From the sequence record MH221129.1: a DNA stretch of 64,000 bases; one strand, given 5' to 3'. Both the position numbers and the translations under genes were made by a program. Shown in pieces: positions 26,558 to 35,685 of this stretch. Numbering within the stretch: position 1 is the first letter of the stretch; the number at the start of each line of letters is the position of its first letter. Under the pieces are notes generated by a model. That model saw only the letters and a list, made by a program, of their open reading frames with translations, made no database searches and was not told the origin of the DNA.

Positions 26558-28600
26558 ATGACTTTTATTCCACGAAACGGCGCGCCGTTGAATAACAAGC
26601 AAGGCTGGCAGGATAACTCTGTCGCTGAGCTTGTGCGTACCCCTACGGGTGACGCAATTCATAAGCCGCTGATCTTCACCTTTGCCGCGCGCGGGGTAGA
26701 CAACGAGGCGTTCCCGTTAACCGGGGATAATGCACTGTCTCTGCTTGGTCGCAATATCTTTGATTTGCGTGGCCCGTATGCGACGTTCAACACGCCTTAT
26801 CAGGCGATGTTCAACGCGAACGCAAACGAAGGTATGTATCAGCGTCTTATCCCGGATGATGCGAAAACCGCAAACATCCGTGTATTCGCCGACGTACTCG
26901 AAACGAAAGTTCCGGCGTACGACCGCGACAGTAACGGGATTGTCCAGTACGACAGTACGGGCAAGCCTAAAGTCAAAGAACAGATTGACGGAATTGTCGT
27001 CGTCTTCCGTTCTGTGATCATCGACTCAACTACACCGGCACTCGGCGCGGGCGTTGTTATCGATGGCACGATGACTGGCGAAGGCGGCACGAAATCGAAG
27101 ATGTACCCACTGTTCGACATCGCTGGCCCGTATGCGGGTGCAGATGTAAACGGCTTCGGTTTCAAAATGATCCCACTTAACGAGAAATCCAGTCCGGCGC
27201 TGACCTCTTCTTATCAGAACGAAGTTGGTGGCCGAGTGTATACCCTCCAGTGGTTCGAAACCCTGGCCGGTGTGACTTCTCCGGTCGTGTGGAAAACTCT
27301 CAACGGCATGAGCAGCATCAACTTCAGCTTTAAGCCTAATGCATACTATCAGCCGATGAAAACGCAACTCGACTTCGATGTTGTCGTTGCTGACGCGTAT
27401 CGCAAAGTGATGCCGGACATTGGTGAGCTGCCGGACTACGGTCCATTCGAGCAGTTCTACCTGTACCGCGAAAACCTGGAAACTGTTCTGGCCCTGGCGC
27501 AAGCTGCAATCACCAACTCCCCGACCGATCCGTATATGGTCGATCTGTTTGGTGGTCTGGACTTAATCGGTCAGCCGTATGACGGTCTGCAGGTTAACCC
27601 GGCTACCGAAACTGGTAAGATGGTGTTCTCCAGCTCCAACATCCACTACCTGCAAGGTGGTGAAGATGGTACCATGGGCGATGACGCTTATGACGAACTT
27701 GTTCGCCGTGAGATGTCTCTGTTCCCGGACGGCGGTAAAGTCCGTTACGACAACGAGCTGAAATATTCGCTCGGTTGCTTCTGGGACTCCGGATTTAGCT
27801 TCGACACTAAATCTGCCTGCGTGAACTTCATTGGTCGTTCACGTAACACTTTCCTGGCGCTGTGCACGCACGTCTACAACCAAGGTCGTAACGACGAGCA
27901 AACCGAGGAAGGGGCGAAAATTGCGCTGATCGAACTGATCACTGCGGTACCGGAATCTGCCTACTACGGCACCCCGGCAGCCCGTGGTATCGTCACCGGT
28001 CAGTCAGCGTTCATCAAGAACTCTTCTTACAAGAAACCAGTTCCGATGAACTACTCCCTGGCGAACTTCTTCTCCAAGTACCTCGGTGCTGGTGAGGGTC
28101 GTGCTAACCCGGCTTACCGTTTCAGCCGTGGCGAACTGACCATCATCGAAGATTTGACTGACCTGAGTATGCCGTGGAAAGGCAATGAAGTGTATGCATC
28201 CGACTGGGATGTGTCGCTGATTACTGCCCGCTCCTACGACTACTATCGTCTGTTTATTCCGGCGATTCAGTCTATCTACAGCGAAGATCGTTCTGTGCTG
28301 AACAACGCACTGTTCAACTTCATGATGACCTACGTCTACCGCGTGTCTGACCGTGTTTGGGCAGATATGTCTGGCGAAGCGTCCATGACGGATGACGAAC
28401 GTGCGAAGATGATCGAAAACAAAATTATCGAACGGCTGGAAGGTCGCCTCGATAACGTTGCGAACGTGACTCCGAAAGCGTACTTCACCGCAGACGATAA
28501 ATCCAACGGCTACTCTGTGACGCTGGACCTGATCGCTGAAGGCGGTGTGCTGCTCACCCAGTTCAACACCACTATCAAAGTTTACCGTCGGGAGAGCTAA
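26558..28600 (+). CDS. Contractile tail sheath protein (phiKZ gp29-like)
   Basis: ~680 aa, SD GGAG before ATG 26558, sheath-like C-terminus (WDSGF, VWADMSG, FNTTIKVYR), followed by tube gene. Confidence 0.85.
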   Translation: MTFIPRNGAPLNNKQGWQDNSVAELVRTPTGDAIHKPLIFTFAARGVDNEAFPLTGDNALSLLGRNIFDLRGPYATFNTPYQAMFNANANEGMYQRLIPDDAKTANIRVFADVLETKVPAYDRDSNGIVQYDSTGKPKVKEQIDGIVVVFRSVIIDSTTPALGAGVVIDGTMTGEGGTKSKMYPLFDIAGPYAGADVNGFGFKMIPLNEKSSPALTSSYQNEVGGRVYTLQWFETLAGVTSPVVWKTLNGMSSINFSFKPNAYYQPMKTQLDFDVVVADAYRKVMPDIGELPDYGPFEQFYLYRENLETVLALAQAAITNSPTDPYMVDLFGGLDLIGQPYDGLQVNPATETGKMVFSSSNIHYLQGGEDGTMGDDAYDELVRREMSLFPDGGKVRYDNELKYSLGCFWDSGFSFDTKSACVNFIGRSRNTFLALCTHVYNQGRNDEQTEEGAKIALIELITAVPESAYYGTPAARGIVTGQSAFIKNSSYKKPVPMNYSLANFFSKYLGAGEGRANPAYRFSRGELTIIEDLTDLSMPWKGNEVYASDWDVSLITARSYDYYRLFIPAIQSIYSEDRSVLNNALFNFMMTYVYRVSDRVWADMSGEASMTDDERAKMIENKIIERLEGRLDNVANVTPKAYFTADDKSNGYSVTLDLIAEGGVLLTQFNTTIKVYRRES

Positions 28601-28603
28601 CAG

Positions 28604-29479
28604 ATGGCAATCAAAGATCGCATGATTTTGCCTGATCAGGGGCTTCACGTTGACGGTGGTTCCTACGACATGGTCAACCCATTCGCATCGGGCCAGAACG
28701 GCCCGGTCGGACAGGTTGGTAAGTTTGTAACGAACGCCCACCGTCTGCGTCGTAACGTTATTGCGCGCGTCATGGAATTCCCTCGCTGGGTAGATTACAT
28801 GCCGAACCCGCAGATGTGGCGTCAGGCTATCAAGTCCTTTATCGAGGTTCACACCACGATTACTGGTCTGGATAAAACCCTGAACCACGAAGCCGTGCAG
28901 ACCCAACAAGGTCGTAACAACCGCGTCCAGTATGAAGCTGGTCTGGTAACGGAAGCTATTTCGTCCGTTACTCACACCTCACCGGATAAACTCGGTAAAG
29001 TGTACCAGAACATGCTGTGGGCTTGGTTGGTTTACGGTGTTTGTGACCCGCAGACAGGCCACCCAGGTCTGGCGGCAATCAACCCGAACGTACCTGATCA
29101 CCTGCCGGACATGTACAGCATGACTGTACTGTACCTGGAACCAGATGCGTATCAGCGTAAACCGCAGAGCGCCTGGTGGCTCACCAACATGATTCCTGAG
29201 ACCTCTGGCCAGGATATCGGTGAGCGTGACCCGAACACCGGTCCTCAGACCAACGAACTGTCTATCACCTTCACCTCCCAGCAATGGACAGGTTGGGGTC
29301 CGATGCAGGCCGCTGAGAAAGAACTGGCACGTATGAAGCTGTACGGTCTGCGCCCTTACGAGCGCAAACTGTGGCTGACTCCGTCTCAGCAGACCGATGG
29401 TATCAACCCGGATGTCAACGCGACTCCAGGTGGTTACAACTCGGTGTCCGACGAGCAGATGGCAAATCAGCTGCGCTAA
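28604..29479 (+). CDS. Tail tube protein (phiKZ gp30-like)
   Basis: 291 aa immediately after sheath; strongly biased codons. Confidence 0.8.
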   Translation: MAIKDRMILPDQGLHVDGGSYDMVNPFASGQNGPVGQVGKFVTNAHRLRRNVIARVMEFPRWVDYMPNPQMWRQAIKSFIEVHTTITGLDKTLNHEAVQTQQGRNNRVQYEAGLVTEAISSVTHTSPDKLGKVYQNMLWAWLVYGVCDPQTGHPGLAAINPNVPDHLPDMYSMTVLYLEPDAYQRKPQSAWWLTNMIPETSGQDIGERDPNTGPQTNELSITFTSQQWTGWGPMQAAEKELARMKLYGLRPYERKLWLTPSQQTDGINPDVNATPGGYNSVSDEQMANQLR

Positions 29480-29480
29480 G

Positions 29481-29540
29481 GCAAAAAAAAACAAGCGTTA
29501 CCTCTCTCCACATGGAGAGAGGTACGTTTTTATTTTTTCT
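29481..29540. terminator. Bidirectional terminator
   Basis: ACCTCTCTCCA/TGGAGAGAGGT stem with A- and T-runs, between convergent genes. Confidence 0.75.
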
Positions 29541-30138
29541 GTGGTTGCTGAGGTTGTGAAGGATGGCGCTTCTCATTCTGCGCAACGACTTCTTGTGCCG
29601 CAGCACGGATGATAAGGTTTTTGATTTGCATCATCAACAGATAGGTTGACAGGATGTCATAGGTTGACGGCGGTTTAACGTCAGCCAGATCAGGATACGC
29701 AACACCCCACAGCGTGAGCGGTGGATTGGAGCCTTCGCCCTTCTCCGCGGCGAGGATGTCATTAGCGGACATAGAGACCAGTTCTCCCTCTAATGCGCTC
29801 AACACATCGTCACCCAGCTCGATTAACAGCAGGTTCTTGAAGCGAATGATGAAGCCTGCAATAATACGTCCAGAACTGCCTTTGGTAATACTGTCCAGGA
29901 AACGTTGGTAACCGTTTACCGTGTGCGGGATAATTTCAGCCGCGAATTCAGCAGTGGTGGCAAAGGACGTTTCGTCCAGATTGCTTTTCAGTGCCAGTGT
30001 GAACACGTCACCGATCTGATTAATCAAACGGATGACATCTTCGCGCTTCATCTCGCTCGTCAATTTGTGTGTGCCCAGTTGCGGCTTCCCAGTAGGGTCT
30101 TGTGAAGCAGGAACATTGAGTAACTGATTTCTGTCCAT
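29530..30138 (-). CDS. Hypothetical protein (202 aa)
   Basis: SD GGAG before ATG 30138. Confidence 0.75.
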   Translation of the reverse strand: MDRNQLLNVPASQDPTGKPQLGTHKLTSEMKREDVIRLINQIGDVFTLALKSNLDETSFATTAEFAAEIIPHTVNGYQRFLDSITKGSSGRIIAGFIIRFKNLLLIELGDDVLSALEGELVSMSANDILAAEKGEGSNPPLTLWGVAYPDLADVKPPSTYDILSTYLLMMQIKNLIIRAAAQEVVAQNEKRHPSQPQQPQKK

Positions 30139-30189
30139 TGATAACTCCAGAAACAAAAAAATAAGGCGGTCATAAGACCGCCCTGATGT

Positions 30190-30396
30190 TTATTTTTTCC
30201 GATGGTACAATGCCGCGAGACCTTCTAACGGTTTCGGTTTGGGCATTGGTTTCGGAAAGCTGATTGTGATACCGATTTCATCGGGCGGGGCAATTGTACC
30301 ATCCCAACGCAGGCCGGTTTCGGGATTCACATTAGGGTGGCAAGTCACCTTACCACCCAGCAGCAGTCCGAGTTCTTTCGGGCTGGATGCGAACAT
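30190..30396 (-). CDS. Small Pro-rich hypothetical protein (68 aa)
   Basis: TAATG overlap with upstream gene. Confidence 0.6.
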   Translation of the reverse strand: MFASSPKELGLLLGGKVTCHPNVNPETGLRWDGTIAPPDEIGITISFPKPMPKPKPLEGLAALYHRKK

Positions 30397-30884
30397 TATT
30401 CGTCTTCATCCTCATCATCGTCGCTCGCCATCATGCCCTTCGCAAACTCTTTACGCAGTTTGCCTTCGAGCGCTTTGGACTTCGGCACACCGATGCCGTA
30501 AGAGATGGATGCCGCCCACTCTTTCTGGCTCGGGGTTTCGTTAACCGGACGAGAGAACACCGTTGAGAACGACGCATTACCGATATCCAGCGTCAGATCC
30601 AACGCAGAGATTTCTTTGTTGTCTTTCGCCGTACCCAGAATCAGGTTGTTGGCGACACCCGCGTACACTTCGCTGAAGTTCGCATCATGTTGACGCAGCG
30701 CGTTCGCATCGTCGAGCGTGAAGCGATAATCCACATCGCCGACCTTAGTGGTTGGTAATGTTTCTTCATACAGCTTCACCAGTGGTTCAGCTTTCAGCGC
30801 CAGGTCTTCCGCCAGTACCGCCGGTGCTTCTTCCAGAGAAGCCAGAATTTTGTTCAGTTCTTTGATAGAGGTTACTTCTGCCAT
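30396..30884 (-). CDS. Acidic-tailed hypothetical protein (162 aa)
   Basis: SD AAGGA, highly biased codons. Confidence 0.8.
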   Translation of the reverse strand: MAEVTSIKELNKILASLEEAPAVLAEDLALKAEPLVKLYEETLPTTKVGDVDYRFTLDDANALRQHDANFSEVYAGVANNLILGTAKDNKEISALDLTLDIGNASFSTVFSRPVNETPSQKEWAASISYGIGVPKSKALEGKLRKEFAKGMMASDDDEDEDE

Positions 30885-30913
30885 TTCAATTATTCCTTAA
30901 GGTTACGTAGTGA

Positions 30914-31585
30914 TTACTCATGAGTAAGACGACTTTCGAGGTCGTCGATAATTTCTTGCGTGAAGTAGCCGTTGTCCAACTGCTCCACAAAGTCGCGACG
31001 TTCCAGAATACGTTCTGCGAACAGGGTACCGTACCACTCTGGAACATTGCTTTTTCCATTCATGCCGAATTTGTCCTGTACATGACGCACAGCATGGAAT
31101 TTGGAATCGGTTACACTCTTACCTTGCTCGCGGGCGAACAGATAAGAACGGTGCATGTAATTGGTTACATCGTCAACAGAAGGTATCCCACGATCCGCCG
31201 CCGCAACGATTTCAGAGACAATACCGTTGTAGTTGCCTTTGTGAGAACTACGATGTTCCAGCACCGCATGGGCGATAGTCAAACAATCGTCATCGGTAAG
31301 TTTGTATTTGCGCTTCAGCACCGGTTTATTATCCAGTACCCAGTTGTACGCTTTGATGTGGTGCGATGCACGGTCTTCTTTGGTGGAGAAGATATCGTGC
31401 GCAGCTACCGCTATCAGCGCCAGCTTGAGGTGTTCAGTTTTCCCGAGCATGAATGCAATGCGAATGGCATTGGATTTCACGTTCGTGATGTGGTCGATAC
31501 GGTGCGCCTTATCAGTGTAACGATAGAAGTCACGGAATTGGCGCAACAGTTGTTCCCACAGCTTATTAATTTCGGTGCCCTGCAT
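30914..31585 (-). CDS. HD-domain metal-dependent phosphohydrolase
   Basis: H...HD...H...D pattern: AHRIDH, AAHDIF, LEHRSS, AAADRG. Confidence 0.8.
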   Translation of the reverse strand: MQGTEINKLWEQLLRQFRDFYRYTDKAHRIDHITNVKSNAIRIAFMLGKTEHLKLALIAVAAHDIFSTKEDRASHHIKAYNWVLDNKPVLKRKYKLTDDDCLTIAHAVLEHRSSHKGNYNGIVSEIVAAADRGIPSVDDVTNYMHRSYLFAREQGKSVTDSKFHAVRHVQDKFGMNGKSNVPEWYGTLFAERILERRDFVEQLDNGYFTQEIIDDLESRLTHE

Positions 31586-31615
31586 GATACATTCCTTACG
31601 ATAATGGTCGAGTGA

Positions 31616-32008
31616 TTACTTAGAAAAAGTGAAATAACAACGAGTTAACAGGCCGCGAATATCGTCTGCTGCTCGCTCTGTGCTGTGTAGGGTCGACCAA
31701 AGAATGTTATCTTTAGCCACCACCGCTGCCAGCGATTCAATTAGCTCTGGCATAGTTTTACCTTTCAACGCATTGTCGCGTCGCCACTTATGTGACGTCA
31801 GCCGACTCTGTACGACAAGCTGGGCATCGAACTTATTCGACATCTCTTTCAGGTCGTTAATGCGTTCTTCCTCAGCGGTAACGTGTTTCGCTAACTCCGC
31901 CGGTTCCCGGATAAACGTCGAGAACCGGTCGTCACGCCGCAACATACACAGCGACCACGTAACAAACGGGTCGCGGCACATGTCAACTAATTCAGATGAT
32001 ACCTTCAT
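31616..32008 (-). CDS. Hypothetical protein, paralogue B
   Basis: Shares RDPFV and KWRxDNxLxG with the upstream gene. Confidence 0.75.
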   Translation of the reverse strand: MKVSSELVDMCRDPFVTWSLCMLRRDDRFSTFIREPAELAKHVTAEEERINDLKEMSNKFDAQLVVQSRLTSHKWRRDNALKGKTMPELIESLAAVVAKDNILWSTLHSTERAADDIRGLLTRCYFTFSK

Positions 32009-32402
32009 TGCGGAATCCTTCAAAGAGTTTCGTCGCAGCACGAAGTGTTGTCTGGAAATCGGTCAACTCTTCACCGTCTCCCATGATTGCTTTAAGGTGT
32101 GCGTCGTTTGTGACCAATGCGCCTAAGCGATATGGCAATTCGATGATGTCACCTTGCAACGGATTGTCCTTACGCCATTTTTCATCCGCCATCAGTAACA
32201 AGAATTTCCACGCATCCGGATTACCTAACTCCTCACCCGTCTCCGGTTTGTAGAGTTCAGCTAAACGTTTTTCACGTTCGTCCTTTGCGTAATCCATATC
32301 GGTAAGCAAACGTTTTACGTCTGGCTCGTTGAATTCAGCTTTGCCGCAAACCATCAACATTACGAATGGGTCACGAAGTATATCAATATTGGTTGTATTC
32401 AT
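31992..32402 (-). CDS. Hypothetical protein, paralogue A
   Basis: SD AAGGAG; promoter-like motif at ~32460. Confidence 0.75.
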   Translation of the reverse strand: MNTTNIDILRDPFVMLMVCGKAEFNEPDVKRLLTDMDYAKDEREKRLAELYKPETGEELGNPDAWKFLLLMADEKWRKDNPLQGDIIELPYRLGALVTNDAHLKAIMGDGEELTDFQTTLRAATKLFEGFRNEGII

Positions 32403-32545
32403 TTTAATGCTCCTTACGGTTAATAGTCGATTAAGATTAATGTTATAATCTCACCTAAGTAAAATATATCTGTAACTTTTTGGAATGGGATCGAAAAGAA
32501 AAACGGGGTAGTCCTATCCGAAGATGAGGACTACCCTAGTACAGT

Positions 32546-33094
32546 TTAGATCTGCAGTAGTGTGCCCGAGTGAGAAATCGGGTCATTATAGAAGGCTTCA
32601 CATTGAAGACAAATTGCTTCAATCTTCGGTTCTTCTGTCCGCGACCATATTGCGGCACCACCTTGCAAGATCCATTCACGACAGTTACGACCATAATCGT
32701 CGACAAGCAAATTCCCCCGTGAGGCGTAAGCTTTTTTCTGCCCTGAGTTCTCCGTGACAATGACTTTGTCAGAAGGCACCCCAAAGTGTTTCAAGAACCA
32801 ACGTTGCTTCGAATCCACCACAAGCTGATGATCAAAGTGATCTTCAGAGCCTGAAGTAAGAATCGCCCAACTGTCGCAAAGTCTATCCACGGTCTCCAGA
32901 ATGCGCGCAACGCCCTCGATAGGTTCGAGTTTGTAAAACAAGTCTGGGTCACGCTGGTACATATCGCGTGTCAGACTCCGTCGACGGAGTTCAGGTATTG
33001 CATTGAACTCTTTGATTGTCATTCCGGGAAAATGTGTGGATAAAACGTACTTACGCCAGCGAGCAAACACGCCATCGCTATCCAGATAAAACAT
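32546..33094 (-). CDS. HAD-family 5'(3')-deoxyribonucleotidase-like protein
   Basis: Motif I YLDSDGV and motif IV LVDD; start reassigned to 33094. Confidence 0.8.
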   Translation of the reverse strand: MFYLDSDGVFARWRKYVLSTHFPGMTIKEFNAIPELRRRSLTRDMYQRDPDLFYKLEPIEGVARILETVDRLCDSWAILTSGSEDHFDHQLVVDSKQRWFLKHFGVPSDKVIVTENSGQKKAYASRGNLLVDDYGRNCREWILQGGAAIWSRTEEPKIEAICLQCEAFYNDPISHSGTLLQI

Positions 33095-33145
33095 TTTCTC
33101 TTCCTTAAAGTTCCCCAACACATGAAGAAGGTATCATGTAAAAAA

Positions 33146-33445
33146 CTACATTTGTTTAATGGACATATTGAAACGGTAGGATTCAGTAAGTAAGAAATAC
33201 GTGCGACCATAGTCAATCGTTACCCCGGCCTGCTTGATATCACAATAGAACTGCGCAATATCTTGCGAGTGAATACCCGAGATAACGTTATTGATTTTTC
33301 GCTTCGTATCGAATCTTTCCGCAAGAATCTCGGCAAGCACTTCCTTACCAGCCTTTCCAAGGATGGCGTAGATCGCTAACGCTTTAAGTTCTTCCGGCGT
33401 CAATGTTCGAAGGGTCGGAGGTATTGCGATGTTAACGACCTTCAT
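33146..33445 (-). CDS. Hypothetical protein (99 aa)
   Basis: SD GGGGGA before ATG 33445. Confidence 0.65.
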   Translation of the reverse strand: MKVVNIAIPPTLRTLTPEELKALAIYAILGKAGKEVLAEILAERFDTKRKINNVISGIHSQDIAQFYCDIKQAGVTIDYGRTYFLLTESYRFNMSIKQM

Positions 33446-33496
33446 GCTTCCCCCTAATGCGGTTAATTGTGATTTGCAGACCACGAACCACCGACA

Positions 33497-34126
33497 CTAA
33501 GGAGTAACCACGTATTCGTTCAGCGCGTTATCAAACCCAGTACGAGGCGTTTCAACAGCCTCGGAGACTTTGACTTCTCCGGTGTCCCAGTGCACAGTTA
33601 CCTGCAGGCGATAGAATTTACCTCCCTTCAGCAGCTGGCTGTTAGACAGTCGGACGTCTTCCCCAAAACCTAGATGGTAGACGAAGATATGGCCTTCTCC
33701 ACGCAATTCAGACAGGCGCATCTCCCCCAAATAAATGGGTTTGATGTCCCAGTTAGACATGCGGTGAGGAACAATCCATACTTCACCCGCCCGATTCGGT
33801 TCCTGTGTCAGGTTGACCGAAGGTTGCGCCACTGCACGTTCATGAAACCCATACAGAAATAGCCGAGTTGGGATTTCGATTGCAGAGAAGTTGTGACGTG
33901 CCCCTTTAATGCAACGCTCTAAGTCGAGCGAGCAGCAAATACGCGGAACCGTCTTATCTTCATCGGTCGCAACAGAAAGTGGGATACGTGGACAAAACGT
34001 CGGTATCTTACACTTACTCAAATGAAGCGGTGGCGCGTCCAGCATCCGCAATGTAAGCTTCTTTGCTACCTGCGGCATCTGCCGTTCTGCCCACCGTTCT
34101 AATGACGGGTCGAGTGTGTCAGCCAT
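33497..34126 (-). CDS. Hypothetical protein (209 aa) downstream of prohead protease
   Basis: SD AAGGAG before ATG 34126. Confidence 0.75.
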   Translation of the reverse strand: MADTLDPSLERWAERQMPQVAKKLTLRMLDAPPLHLSKCKIPTFCPRIPLSVATDEDKTVPRICCSLDLERCIKGARHNFSAIEIPTRLFLYGFHERAVAQPSVNLTQEPNRAGEVWIVPHRMSNWDIKPIYLGEMRLSELRGEGHIFVYHLGFGEDVRLSNSQLLKGGKFYRLQVTVHWDTGEVKVSEAVETPRTGFDNALNEYVVTP

Positions 34127-34127
34127 T

Positions 34128-34931
34128 TTACCAGCTCCTTTTCCCCATGCCCATGACACGAACATTGGAGACTCTCGGAGCCAGGTTCAGGTACTCCTGA
34201 GCGATTTGCTGCAGGGCACCGCGACGTGATTCTGTAGCCACCGCGCTCGTTGCTGTTGGGTTGTAGATGATGTCTTCCAGCACCTGACGACTAATAGGAC
34301 GGTCGATGTAGGTTTTGGTCGATTCCTGTGCCACTTTACTACCACGTTGAATCGCAGAGTATTTGTTGCAGATCTGCAGCCCGTCTTCGATAACCCAGTC
34401 AAAGGTGACCAGTTTATCAATACGACGAACCACCATCCCGCCCAGGCGACCTTCGCGAACGATAGCACGCAGAGAGAAGCACACGTTTTGATGTGGGTTC
34501 TCCAGCGCTTCAGCTAACAGCGGGCCACGTTCACGGTTAGGTTTCACCCAACCCCAGATTTCCATTACCGGCAGACCGTTACACAGCTGGTCGGTCGGTT
34601 TCACTTCCACTTCACGAATGTGCATACAGACGTTTTTCGTCTCAATCCATTCGTTGCGTTCAATCCACTGAGCTTCACTCATGCCCTGCTCGTACGGAGG
34701 GTGATCTTCTTCGCCGAAGAGATTCCCCGCCTGCACTTTGCGCATGAATACGTTGGAACGCTCAAAGACATGCTTTGATTCGTTATAGGCGTAGTAGATA
34801 TTCTCAGAGTTGAAAATATTCAGTGCGCCTAACAGGACGTAGTAGTAACCGTCCGCGTCTTTCTGTAGCGTTGCCCCTTTATTGACCCCAGCGAGTGCCA
34901 CGCAGTTATAACGTAGTGACATGTTTTCCAT
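34128..34931 (-). CDS. Prohead protease (phiKZ gp175 / T4 gp21-like)
   Basis: GEEDHP (His) and CFSLRA (Ser) motifs; synteny. Confidence 0.85.
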   Translation of the reverse strand: MENMSLRYNCVALAGVNKGATLQKDADGYYYVLLGALNIFNSENIYYAYNESKHVFERSNVFMRKVQAGNLFGEEDHPPYEQGMSEAQWIERNEWIETKNVCMHIREVEVKPTDQLCNGLPVMEIWGWVKPNRERGPLLAEALENPHQNVCFSLRAIVREGRLGGMVVRRIDKLVTFDWVIEDGLQICNKYSAIQRGSKVAQESTKTYIDRPISRQVLEDIIYNPTATSAVATESRRGALQQIAQEYLNLAPRVSNVRVMGMGKRSW

Positions 34932-34946
34932 CGGTTTCCCCAGTTA

Positions 34947-35675
34947 TTATCTCATAAACAGATCTTCAAGCGGCTCAGCGCGTACCGGGTCAACTTGCAG
35001 CGCAGAGCGGATACCTTGTTTCAGTTCCACGTCCGCGAGCTTCGCCAACCGTGACGTTTTGTTAAGCGAACCACTGCGCAGAGGGATAAACTGCACACGG
35101 TTCATCAAGTCGCTGTCTTTCTTCAGGGTGTAACGGAAGTACGTCCGCGGGTCGCCTAGTTTACGCTGCGTGTGTGCCGCGTAACAGTCAGCTGTGATTT
35201 GGTCGTTAAAGACCGTAAAGCCGTTCCATCCTTTCGTTTCCGACAACAGCTCCGCATCGTCAATAGCCGTGAACCAGAACGGACGGTTCCCGAAGTCGTA
35301 GACGTACGACGCGATGTTGTAAACGGGGGAGGATAGCACTTGCAGCATTCGGTTGGGGAATACCACCGTGCCGGGGTCGAAACGGAATTCGTAATACGGA
35401 ACACCCTGAATATCAATTTCCTCAAACGCCGACGGGGTGATTTCGATGAACGTCGTCACGTTCGACACCCCGTAGGTTTTACGGTCAGTGGATATGGCAA
35501 ACAGGCCGATAATCTCGACCTGTGAGGAAATTACTGCCAGTTCCTTCGCCACGAAACCAACGGGGATGTAAATGTAGCATCCACCTTTGGTGAGGGTGGC
35601 CGTGCCTTGATCCACTAAATCTGCATGAACTTTCGTCGGGTCACGACGGGCGTTTTCAATGGCGCTCACGACCAC
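34947..35675 (-). CDS. Virion RNA polymerase beta' C-terminal subunit (phiKZ gp176-like)
   Basis: Size (242 aa) and position between protease and vRNAP genes; inferred from synteny. Confidence 0.6.
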   Translation of the reverse strand: MVVSAIENARRDPTKVHADLVDQGTATLTKGGCYIYIPVGFVAKELAVISSQVEIIGLFAISTDRKTYGVSNVTTFIEITPSAFEEIDIQGVPYYEFRFDPGTVVFPNRMLQVLSSPVYNIASYVYDFGNRPFWFTAIDDAELLSETKGWNGFTVFNDQITADCYAAHTQRKLGDPRTYFRYTLKKDSDLMNRVQFIPLRSGSLNKTSRLAKLADVELKQGIRSALQVDPVRAEPLEDLFMR

Positions 35676-35685
35676 CTCTCTTTAA

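Noticed and set aside
26730-29494. Long antisense or alternate-frame ORFs over sheath/tube (e.g. 28004-28975, 323 aa)
   Set aside because: Expected by-product of strong codon bias in highly expressed genes; no SD, and composition is not protein-like. The same applies to 20339-21013 and 30920-31615.
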